From Blasia pusilla (lineage: Eukaryota), in NCBI GenBank assembly GCA_050084515.1, contig CM114271.1, positions 4,340,001 through 4,404,000 on the forward strand: a DNA stretch of 64,000 nucleotides, written 5' to 3'. Positions 53,055 to 64,000 of this stretch are shown in pieces. How positions within the stretch are numbered: position 1 is the first letter of the stretch; each line of letters begins with the position of its first letter. The position numbers and the translations under genes are program-made. Under the pieces are notes generated by a model. That model made no database searches. It was not told where the DNA came from and saw nothing but the letters and a program-made list of their open reading frames with translations.

Positions 53055-54689
53055 TTAGCCATAGCACCGAATAGGATCGTTGCAACCCTTTGCACATGAC
53101 TGGGCTGATCCATTTCGGCCACCTTTTGCCAAATACTGCTGATGATACTCCTCCGCTCGGTAGAATTTCTTTGCAGGTAGAATTTCTGTCACTATCTTCC
53201 GATTCATTTTCTCTGCATGCTTCTCCATTGACTGTCTCGCCGCTTGCTCCTGCTCAGGCGAATAGTAGTAAATGCCTGACCGATACTGGGTCCCCACATC
53301 ACCTCCCTGTTCACATCAAAACTCCGTGATATTAGGGTCTTCACTTTCCAATCCTCAACTCTCAATTGGAGAAGGCCCAACACACCACAGGTTAACAGAA
53401 CCACAGCAAAACACGATAAAACTGGCCAGCCACCTCCAACTTTTTGGAATACGATTCCAAAATGAAGCACAGGTTCCAGCAGCACAGCATAGAAGTTACT
53501 TTCTACAGGGCTACTGAAAACTGCAAATAAGTGTAGGAAAACACGGGACACAGCAATTCGTAGAGACAATCAACAAACGTTTACACTATACTCATGACAT
53601 GGCACCAAATCATAAATCCTCAACCTGATCTCAAAGAGCAGCAGATCCAGGTGCACAGCACTAGATCAACTTTCTAAAGACGTCTTGAAAACTGCAGAAC
53701 AGGGTCGAAAAATACTAGATGTATTCCAATTCATACAACCATGCAACGAACTTTTACACAAAGCTCTTGACATGCTAGTAAATCACAGAAGGTCCAGGAG
53801 AACAGTACAAAAGTCAGTTGTTACAGAACTCCTGTAAGCCGCAGAACTCGAGATTCACACAGCCAATCAACAAGCCTTGACACCACGATTACGAAATGCT
53901 CCCAAAGCAGAGAACCTCAACCTGATCTCACAGCAACGAGCTGGAATCCCAGTTCAAGGCCACGGCCGCTGACAAAATTAATAGATCCTTCGCAAGGAAT
54001 CTCTCTGAAGGAGCCATAGCTAGGATTCGTCTCGAGGTTCTTCCAATTACCTGTCGGTTGAGAGTTGTAGGATCGTGACGCGACCAGAACAATCCCAGGA
54101 GATTCTCGTAGGAACACGAGTTAGGATCGTAGTGGATCCTCACAACCTCTACATGCCCAGTGTCTCCCTCGCAAACGTTCTCATACGTGGGCTTGTGGAG
54201 CTTCCCTTGTGAGTATCCCACCTCCGTTTTCACAACCCCATGCAATCTTTGGAATGCCAGCTCCACGCCCCAGAAACACCCGGCTCCGAACATCGCCAGT
54301 CTCTGGCCCGCCTCTGGCACATCGGTGTCAGGACCCAGCGCCACACTGTTGTACACATCTCCACCAGATCCCCCTGTTGCGCTAGCGTGGGACGACCCAA
54401 ACCCCAGTTTGCTAAGCAATCCCCCTCCTTTCGATTTGTCCATATTCTTCTCCTCACTTCCGCTCGAATCCCTTACCACGACTCGCGTTTCTACCTCTAA
54501 ATCACCGATTCCGCGACGAATCACGCCCCCAGTCCCTCCAACGACAGCAGCAGCAGCGACAACAACCACCACAGCGACTGACAGGATCGATATGCACGAG
54601 ATTGAGGAGAAGCTCCGGATGACCGAGTGACGGCAATGGATGGATTTCGGAAGTGGGTGGGGCTCTTGAGCTGGAGAGTCGCGTTGCAT
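53055..54689 (-). CDS. msrA: Peptide methionine sulfoxide reductase A (start at 54689 or 54443)
   Basis: Exon 1 54689 (or 54443) to 54051, intron 54050-53307 (GT...AG), exon 2 53306-53055 (TAA). Motifs [48 protein letters not shown] and the plant-type C-terminus [11 protein letters not shown]. Confidence 0.96.
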
Positions 54690-54960
54690 TTAGACCCGAA
54701 TCTGAGGCCGGAAGGAGGACGCGAAGGCCGCGCGCATTCTGCTGCGACGACTCTGTTTTCCGGATATGAAGTCAAGAGGAAGTCTCCTTATCGATCTTCG
54801 TCACGCGAATGCTAATTCGGGCCTCTCCTGTTACTTCTTCTTTCCGTGAGACCAGGTCGTCACGTTTTTCCCCCACGGGATTGTCACAGACCGTATGGAT
54901 TTTTACTTGCCGCTGTAATATATTTTACGGGGTTTTCATGCAAACGTCAAAGTCAACTTT

Positions 54961-55389
54961 GTAGTATATTTTACCCGTGCACGGGTGGGAATAAGCGGGA
55001 GGGAGAAGATATTTGTTAGGTCTAGTTGGTGTAGTTAGAGATAATAAAGAAAAAATTTATTATTATCTCTTTTCAAAAAATTTTACTATCTCTCCTCAAT
55101 TCAAATCCCTCTCGCACAATGACATGTGTCGACATCATATGAACCCTTGGAGGACAGGTGTCAACATGTGAAGAGGTTTCTTCAAACCCCATCCTCTTTT
55201 AATTGTATAGATGCCCCGTGCACGGGTGGAAATCAGCGTGAGAAAAAATATATTTGTTAGGTCTAGGGTCTGTTATTTGAATTATTCCGTTAAACACAAT
55301 ATTCCGTTTAAGGCGTGTCAATAGTGGAGGAGGGCAAAAAATTGTGGGGGAAGGGTTCTTCAAACCCGGTCCTCGTTTAATTATATAGA
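54961..55389 (-). mobile_element. Two head-to-tail non-autonomous Helitron-like units upstream of msrA
   Basis: On the minus strand both units start A|TCTATAYAATTAAA (55389 and 55211) and end with the palindrome CCCGTGCACGGG (55215-55226, 54974-54985). The distal unit is followed by ..ATACTAC (CTRR-like). Shared blocks TATTTGTTAGGTCTAG and TTCTTCAAACCC. Confidence 0.6.
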
Positions 55390-58300
55390 TGTATATCCTA
55401 AACATGCTATCCAAAAATATGATTTTCCTTCACTGGACAGTTGAGCAAATCAAGAAATACATCTCAACAATAATATAGATGTATGAAGAGGACGAAGGAT
55501 ATATACACAACATTTAAATATAAAACAAAGGGAAAAAAAATCTCTCTCGGGATAAAACACTTATTTCTTAATAGTGTTGATTTTAACTCTTTGTTTGTTT
55601 CATATTTTTTTTCTTTCATGGTATGATTCATCGCCATAAACTTCTATCCTTTCTTGATCCCTTTGGCTAATATTGGAATACGTGTTGTTGTTGTTACCCT
55701 TTTGTTCCCCGAACATTCCTCATCATTTTGACACAAGATATGGATTCCCTAACCATTACTTTCCCTTTTTCCCTCTTGGGTTTATATGTTATAGGCTTTC
55801 CAATATATTTTATTCCACTATGCTTTCTCCCATGAGCTCACATGCTATACATGACAAAGTTGTAGTAGTTTGGCTTTGATGATCTACAAGACAAAAGGCT
55901 CTAAGTAATGGAGGCTACCATGGATCACAATTGAGATTAAGTAGGGAAGAGATTGAAGGTCCATGAAATTTTTTTTGGGGAGGGGGAGGTATATTGTTCA
56001 TATTGCATACACATCAAGTGTGATATGTACAAGTCTAAGAGCTTTATGAATCTAAGAGTCTAAGACTCCTATTAATCTTACAATGTGCGCAATGTTTGGA
56101 CTCATCACATCAATATATAAATGAAAAATAAGTCTATCCAACCCTAAACACACCTACATATACTCGTTTCAATATGAATGAAACATCTAAGACATCTAAA
56201 ACTTAACTCCAAATGAATCTATTTGAGACACCCTATAATAACCTTTGTATGGCCCCAAATAGAGTGATTCTTTTTTTAAGGCATTTGTGAATGTACCACA
56301 ATAGCCCTTTAGATGGACTCTTTGGAGTTACACTACCCTAAATGTTATTGCCCCAAATGTGGTAGCTTTTTATTTAGACATTGTTAAGTGTGCCACAACA
56401 ACCCTTTAGAGATCGCTAAGTACATCTAGTGTTACTCTACGCTACCGTAAATGCTACTCCCAACATTGTTGAAGTGACAAGTGGTTATGATGATCTCTTC
56501 GACCTATTTTTCAAATTTATTATATGGCCTTCGTTTTGATTTGCACTATTGTTTACCTTTAGAGTTCATTGATTCACGTGAAGGTGCCTTTGTGGATTGC
56601 ATACATATTTTAGATTCATGAATATATATGTTCATGTGGTAGAGCAATCCACTTGATAACGTTTATCTAAACATGTGATTATGGGCCCTATGTGTTTTGC
56701 TAAATTTGTTCCTAAGAATGTGATAGAGTTTTTTTTTATATTGCGTGTGTTTTTCATCTAAAATTTACGAGCCCTCTGTTAGTTGCAACAATGTTTGTTA
56801 GATTTAGCAAGTTATTTCTACAAGTGAGTCGTGAAAACTTCATCCTGCATTTGGAAAATTGTTTTTTTTGAAGTAAATCCAATTTATTTGAAATGTTGCA
56901 CAATTACTATTCTAATAAATGATCCTACCTAATAAATTTCATATCCCACCTAGTCTTTACTATGGTAGGCTGAATGAAAGTGAATGAAAGTGATTCCAAT
57001 CTAAAAGATGTTTGCAAATGGGATTTCAGAGAGAATGTTCGGACTCTTATTGAAATAATCCAATGAATAATATGTTGTGAACTTCTCATAGTCAATTTGT
57101 GTAGTGAAATAATGGTGAGTCCACAATTTTCAAACATTACTTGCATTCTCTTGAGGCGATGCATTATTTGCTATGATGTTATCATAGAAACTAGTTTCGT
57201 CACATCACCCATGCGTCAAAACATGTGTTACCAAATTGTACCTCCATGCATCACCACGTGATAGACATAACCATTATAATAATGTTCTTTAATAATTGAT
57301 GCAAACCACTAATAATATATTCCTAAAATAATACCAATCCGCAATCAAACCTCTTCTTCTTTTTTGTTACATCACAATAAAATTCTCCCATATAGTCTTT
57401 TCTTTTCTCTACACTAATTTAACATAATGAGGCCCATACTAGTTGAATAGATTGCCTAAAATTGGCACGCCACCACAAGGCTTGTATCTACCAAGCCTTC
57501 ACATGGTCCTCTCTATAACACAATGTTCTTACTCAATCTAAGCCACATACCCAAGGGACCTCTTGGCCTTACAAGTATAAATGGTCAAAGGGAAGGAGTG
57601 AAACTTTTACAATGGTTGAAGTGATTCGTTTCAATCTCAATGATATTGTGCTGGTAGAACCAGTAAGCCTCGCAATCTCAAACGAAAGCTTCCAAACACA
57701 TTAGGGGGTAATACATCACAAAAAATTACGTCCAAGTAGTTGATTTTCAAAGAACCGATACTTTTACGTAAAGCGAAAATCTATATTATTATTGGGAAGT
57801 GCCTTTTCATTTGCAAATACCTGTCTATTTGACACGTGGCAATTGGACATCAAGAAAAATATTTTCCATATTACCAACAACAACAACAAAAATTGTGCAT
57901 GACATGAGTAGTCTTTCACTTCCGTGCATGGCATCGGCTCTACACTAGTTTGATATATTTTCTTCCCAAACGGAAATCAGACTTCAAAAAGTCAAGATTT
58001 CCGTCTTTTTCTGGATTTCTGACTTCGAGTCTAGAAACTCAAAGTCACGATATCAACCGGCCAGGTCAGCAAGAATGGTCTCTAGACATGGCATAGAGAG
58101 ATCAACCTCCTAAAGCTTCTCACCACGTCATAACCACGTTAGGGGGGCAGTACCAAACTCAAGAAGGAAGTGTGGGAATTACGATGTAAAGCTCGACTGT
58201 TATGTCCACGCACACGGTTATGGCGGCCCGTCACTTCCCATAGCGCGGTCGTGCATGGCGCGACGAGTTGTCGCTTACGACGAGGTTTTCTGATGTTAAC

Positions 58301-59486
58301 GTCCAGTCTGGTTCTCACTTTGTTCATCAACAATAGAATCAAAGTCGCATCTAGACGTGGCCTCACGTCCGTCACGGAGAGGAGAGTAGTGTAGACGTCT
58401 GTTTGCGGATGACCTTGCAGGGGAGTTTCAGTGATCCTTCTTGTAAACATATCGATTCCGGCTATGCTGTAGACGCCCTACTACTGCAGAACTTGCGGTG
58501 GATTACAGTGTTCGATCCTGAGAGCGCATCCACTCCGGAGCTTCCACACAGTGGACGGACAGGGCTGTCTGTTCCGTGCCAACCAAACAGACCGAGTATA
58601 GTTTTGTACCTTGAGGCCCAGGAGAGGTGACAACCAGACCAGGGCTCACTTTCCGCTGAAGCTCCCTATAGGGCATCCAACGAACATTCAGTCGTGGGCG
58701 AGATCATCAGATCCCGACGTTCGCGCAGTTCTTACTTTTGAGTTGCTTGATGGATGAAAGCATCGGCTGAGTGGTAGAAGCATAGGGAGATAGGGTCAAT
58801 CCGATCATTCCTGGGCACCGGAGTCCATAATATAGGCGTACAGAATTTCTAGGTGGCAGAAGGTAGATTACCAAGCGATTTCCGTAGGCTTCAACAAAGT
58901 AATCCATGTGGAACAACAATGGGATGACAAGAATGGAGTCGAGCGTCCCGCAAATACGGACACGAGGAAGTGCCGTTCAGATTAATGAAATAAATGTATG
59001 AACCACATCTCGTGGCACGAGTGGGCGAAGTTAAAAAAATTTGCTCGGAATCCTTTCCTTCAATGGATCATTGAAAATTCTCCGCTCTACGTATACAGGA
59101 ATAAGTGTATTGATACAAAGGGTACTTCGGGGGGCGCAGTGCGCACTTGGGGCTTTGCTATGTGTCAGACGTCAAGCTCCCCCGTCTTGTAGGCGAGAAG
59201 GCTTGGCTGTACTTGAGCTGGGAGTGGGACTGGGAAGGAGAATGATGTACACGTCCAACCCCCCCTTGCCGCAGATCACTCGGGCTTTGCCAGATGAGAA
59301 GTCATAGGTACTCTGCGCGTTGTCTTTCCTTACTGTCCACACCGGGTTTTCAATCCTTCCTAACGTTCTTATGCATCCCGAGAGATGGAAGTTAGATTGT
59401 TCCCAGGTTTTAAGACGGACGCATGCGACAACACGATGGGGAAGTTCTCCAATACATGGTAGGGTTGAGCCAGTGCCTATGATCGA

Positions 59487-62400
59487 TCAAGTCCCATTTG
59501 TGCGTATAGTCGGAAGATCCCTTGAGCCCTGTGCCTCGCCCTTATTCCACAATATGCCTAGCTCTCCCCTCCACCACCCCAGCGAAATTATGGTCCCTGC
59601 ATGCAGAAAAAATAGTTTGTGAATTAAACAGAAGAAGTTTTTCAGGCAATGCAATCACTTGCTCAAAGGTTTCGAAATGAAAGAACAACGACTCAGCGGA
59701 AACAGTCTTTGGTCCCAAAAGCTAGTTAGGCAAGCCTTAAACCGATGTCCCAGAACTTCACGTAGGAGTCCATTGAATTTCCACAGGCAAATATCTTACC
59801 TAGGGTACATGGGACGATATACAAGAGAGCAGGCTGACCATTCCCATTCATCAGGTTCAGTGCCACATATGTCAAGAAAAGTCCTGTGAAATGTTAAGCC
59901 AATTATGTCAGAACTAAATCCAAAAAGCCATCACTCTCTACCTGGCGAAAAATATAAACAAAACGCCGAAAACTATTGCACAAACTGAGCCCTGTCATTG
60001 TCTGAAAGCCGTAGGAGAGGACACAGAGGAGTAAGGAAAGACCTAAGCCATAGCCCACGGTTGACCAAAGAAAGTAGCCTCCGTACAAAGACTTCTTGGT
60101 CGCCCAATCATATCTGAAGAGAGACCAGTCAGAAGCCAACTTAGCAAGAATTCGAAATCTCAAGACAGGCTTAGATAGGAGAGAAGAACCAAGACATCAG
60201 GCATTACCGCAACACAGGATAATCAATACAAGGAGAAACACTCCTCCGCATTCTGTGGGAGATAAAACTGTTCACGTCACCATGGACTTGAGAAAGTGGA
60301 GGACTACCTTAGGCAAAATGCAACCAGGAGGCCTGGCAGCAGGATATCCCCAAATCCGATTATGCTGTAGCCACCCCAAGGATCAAACAAACGGGGAACT
60401 TTCAACAACATAGGTATCCCCTCACCACCACTTTTATCACCCCGAGCAACCTTAACACAAAACACGCAAGAGCCAAATCAGCCATAGAACCAAAACACCA
60501 GAGCTTACATCAACACACGTAAACATCCATTGCTACTTGAAGCAACTATTACAATGTAAGAACCATCCTTACAATCACCCAAGGACCTGTACAATACTCA
60601 GAAGGGACTTGACCTGATTACAAACTACTTAAGGGTCAGATCAATGGAACAATGGTGATCAACAGAGTTTGTTAGCTTCAGATAGTTTTGGTGAGTTTGA
60701 CACAGCTGGTAAGTTTGATTCACAGGCCCACCAAAGAAAGAAGCACCACCCTCAGCCTTAAATCAATAGACCGGGCTCACAGGTGGTGGATGGTGCTAGT
60801 CAATCAGATGGCTGCAGAAGTAGCAACCCGAGAGAAGACAGTACACCAATATCTTATTATAGTCCATGTGAGAAGGTAGCTTCTACATTTAAGACAAACT
60901 TCTTCTGTATCGGCATCCAAAGACATTTCGTAAACTGTCCAGCAGATTTTAGGATCTCCGCAAGACAAGGTCCATTAAAAATCAGATCTGTTCTTTGGGG
61001 GAAAGTTGGAACTGTTTCAGTACGTACCACAATCATCACACTCTCATGGAAGAAATATGGTGAGATGAAGACCCAGAATATGTCGTAGAAGAATGCGCAG
61101 CACAACAACACCGTGGATACCTGTGCAATATGTATGTAAGAAATAGGAAAAGGAGATAACTATCTTTGTAGTATTGTTTCCATGAATGTATGTGGTATAA
61201 CAATCTAGCATACACAGCACACAAAAGTGCACAAACCTTTATATTTGGTAACCGCACGATTTGCAGGACGGTTAAGATGAGAGAAATTCCCTGAAAAAAT
61301 GAGAAATACATTAATAGATGCATTTGTGTAGGAACACTCCAGCCCTAAAAGAAGAGGAAATCCTGAATCAATCCTTCCGCCAGACAATAAACTGGTAGGA
61401 TGTGAATAACTAACACTGCAGAGACTAGTGAATGATTCTTGACCTCATAAACATTCCATTGGGCAAAAGTCAGATATTTTGTCCACAGATAAATTCACTG
61501 ATCCCCAGGGCAGAAACCTGGAGGAACTCTGATAGCCACAGGGCATAACATAATAGCAAATGAAGTAAAGGAAACACACTTACAAGAATATCCTGTGCAA
61601 TCCAAGCAAATGAAAGGTGCCGGAAAACAGCCCACAAGACTGCGAATGTGATGCAGAAAGGAGACACCACAATAGTGAGTGCTGAGACATTGCCAAAATA
61701 AGGCAGATTCACGAACAAGGACGCTGCATGAGGGAACCATCTGCACCATTCCCAAAGTCCAACTTCTAATTAACCACACTAACCAAACTTGCTGTCAGTC
61801 TTAAACACGATAATCCATCAGAATAACTGAACAAGTGAACCCTCATTTTTTGGAGTCTTCTCACTCTTGAGAATCCAAGCTATCCTTTCACTTATTCCAC
61901 ATGTACTAATATGCAGTGTAAACTACTAGGCAATGATAGCACAAATCAAAATTACCGAAGGGATCTTTAAGAATAAGCCAGAGGTTCCAATTTCAAAATA
62001 AACAACGACCAGATCAAAGGATTAAGAGAAAATTCAGAGCACAAGATAAAGAAAAACAACCCAGACCATCCTTACCGGGAAAGAAATGCAACAAGGCACG
62101 TCTGAAGGCCCTGCATTTCCATAAATCACAGCTGCTTGAGTTGGAAGCGAGACACAACCACTATCCCCCTGTGTACCACTACCTACTCCTTTCAATTCTA
62201 CTTGGAGCTATATAAAGTATGTGATAGACACTAATAACCTTGCGCAATGATGAAACTAGATTCACCAGCTTACAACCATCTCAAAACACTTTGGTAGGCA
62301 TTGCTTCAAAGAGGAAGTCTCACCTCCACACCCCCGATGCAGAAGAGAACAACCAGGAGTAAAAGGAACCAGTCCGACATGAACTTGTATAAGAGCAATA

Positions 62401-63936
62401 AAAATCCAGATGCCATGACGAGAAAAAGCACAGCTGATGCTACACTTATGTCCACAACATCTTTTTCGTCCTGTTCTTGCTCCAGCATATAGCCATCTGG
62501 CAGCTCCTGCAAAAGTTTACATCATACATGAGACAACTTCATGCCATACTCATGAGTCACTAGTGACTAACCAGTCAGAGCCCAGAAATGCGCCATGAAT
62601 TGCCAATTAGACACTTAGACACTATGATTACACATTCAAAAATACCAGACTACAACAAATTGGAAACTAGACATTTAGTGAGCACGTGACATGAAAGTCT
62701 GCTAGGCTCAAGGGCATGAGAAAATGGATCAGAATGAGCTCAAGCAAGGCTGCTTTCTTCCACAGCTGATTTCCTTCATGAGATACAAGTCTTTGAGGAG
62801 CACAGGCTACAACAGAATTTTTCCAACCACCACAGGTTCCAAGTATTGGATGGGGATCTGTGTGGATTTACCAATTCCACAACCATGTCGCGTCGTGAAC
62901 TCTCCCTAGAGGTCTCCACGCCTCTCTACATCTCCAAGTGAAAACTCAATTTTTTTAAATTTCACCTAAGTTTGAGGTGGGTGCAGTGAAAGTCAGTGAA
63001 CAGGACCAAGTTAACAGTGGCTCATAGACTAAGCACCAATACCCACACACCATCAGCTTTATTACTAAGGACCAAAATTTACTAGATATGTTCCCTGGTT
63101 GCTCCCAAAAATGGCAGAAACATATGGATCAGACGTTAAAAATCCCGCTTAGAGATCCTCCATCTATTAGCATTCGTGGACTAAACGTGACTCTACAAAC
63201 CAGCTTCCAGCTTCACCACATGAAGATCATTATGAATACTTGTGATTGTCTCCAGACATCGTTGCCTACCATGTTGTCACTTTCTCAAGCCTTCCGGACA
63301 CTTAGACTCTTACTTTGGCCTAACTACACTACATTATCTCCCTCCAATTTCCCACCGTTTCTGCATATGTAAGATGGATTTCTCAGCTGTTAACTTCATA
63401 AATGGCCTTTGTTAACTGCTGTACAAATTTCTCGGTTGCCCCAAGCAGATCACAGCAATCAGCTCCTCCAACTTATCAAGAGCCTCATTGCTAAAACTGC
63501 TTGAATTATTCATATGGGACTGTCATTGGTGAACATGGCATTAGCAGAGCAAATACAATAAACTAGAAAAGTCCCGGTTATTCTGGAGGATATGTAACAA
63601 ACAGGACCATTCTAGTAGTCAGTAGTACCAATCTCCTCTCACGCAGTGTAACAATCTCCTCTCACGCAGTGTTCTCTTTCAGCGTCACATTGTTTATGCC
63701 TTTAAACATTTCCAAGAGAATTAAGCCCAAACCAACCAAAAAAAAAGTCACGGCACGCTTGAGACGAATTATAGACCGACTCACTTTCAGTCGCCGATAA
63801 TGCTCATTGGCTGCCTCCTTAGCACTCCAAGCGGACCAATATGAAGCCCCAAGAATGGTTCCCACTGCCATCAACCACAGAAAAACTTCTGCTACATCCA
63901 CCAGTGGTCGCTTTGGGGAGTAAAATAGCACCCTCA
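59487..63936 (-). CDS. Signal peptide peptidase-like protease (plant SPPL2/SPPL4 type); 5' part lies beyond the window
   Basis: Minus-strand exons 63936-63785, 62506-62324, 62110-62076, 61740-61584, 61290-61237, 61120-61028, 60450-60308, 60113-60043, 59883-59800, 59596-59487 (TGA). Motifs [52 protein letters not shown]. Confidence 0.93.
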
Positions 63937-64000
63937 CTGGAAACACAACAAAACGAAACACCACTTAGATATGGGCATACAAATGCATTACTGGAATCAC

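Noticed and set aside
58139..59330. Cluster of short ORFs downstream of the SPPL gene
   Set aside because: No family motifs or consistent exon chain; probably 3' UTR/intergenic, though a small unrecognised gene cannot be excluded.

Overview
Eukaryotic, intron-rich land-plant DNA; a non-seed-plant (bryophyte-grade) origin is my inference only. Five spliced genes can be reconstructed by eye: a plant-type trifunctional tRNA ligase (+, at least 28 exons over ~20 kb, one GC-AG intron); coatomer zeta (-); a signal-peptide-peptidase-family GxGD protease with a transit-peptide-like N-terminus (+); peptide methionine sulfoxide reductase MsrA (-); and the 3' part of an SPPL2-type protease (-, runs off the window). 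The first ~10.6 kb is a nested transposon graveyard: a Ty3/gypsy gag/protease relic, a LTR family with 4-bp TSDs and an LTR-LTR junction, a hAT relic, and a MITE carrying a tRNA-like A/B box. The tRNA ligase introns hold a decayed Ty1/copia element, solo LTRs and several LINE 3' ends. A decayed ~3 kb CRE-like (restriction-like endonuclease) non-LTR retrotransposon lies at ~40.7-43.8 kb, and a tandem Helitron-like pair sits upstream of msrA. No prokaryotic-type system (CRISPR, operon) is present. The best novelty candidates are the putatively plastid-targeted SPP-family protease, the CRE-like element and the LTR-LTR junction. All calls come from manual reading; no searches were run.
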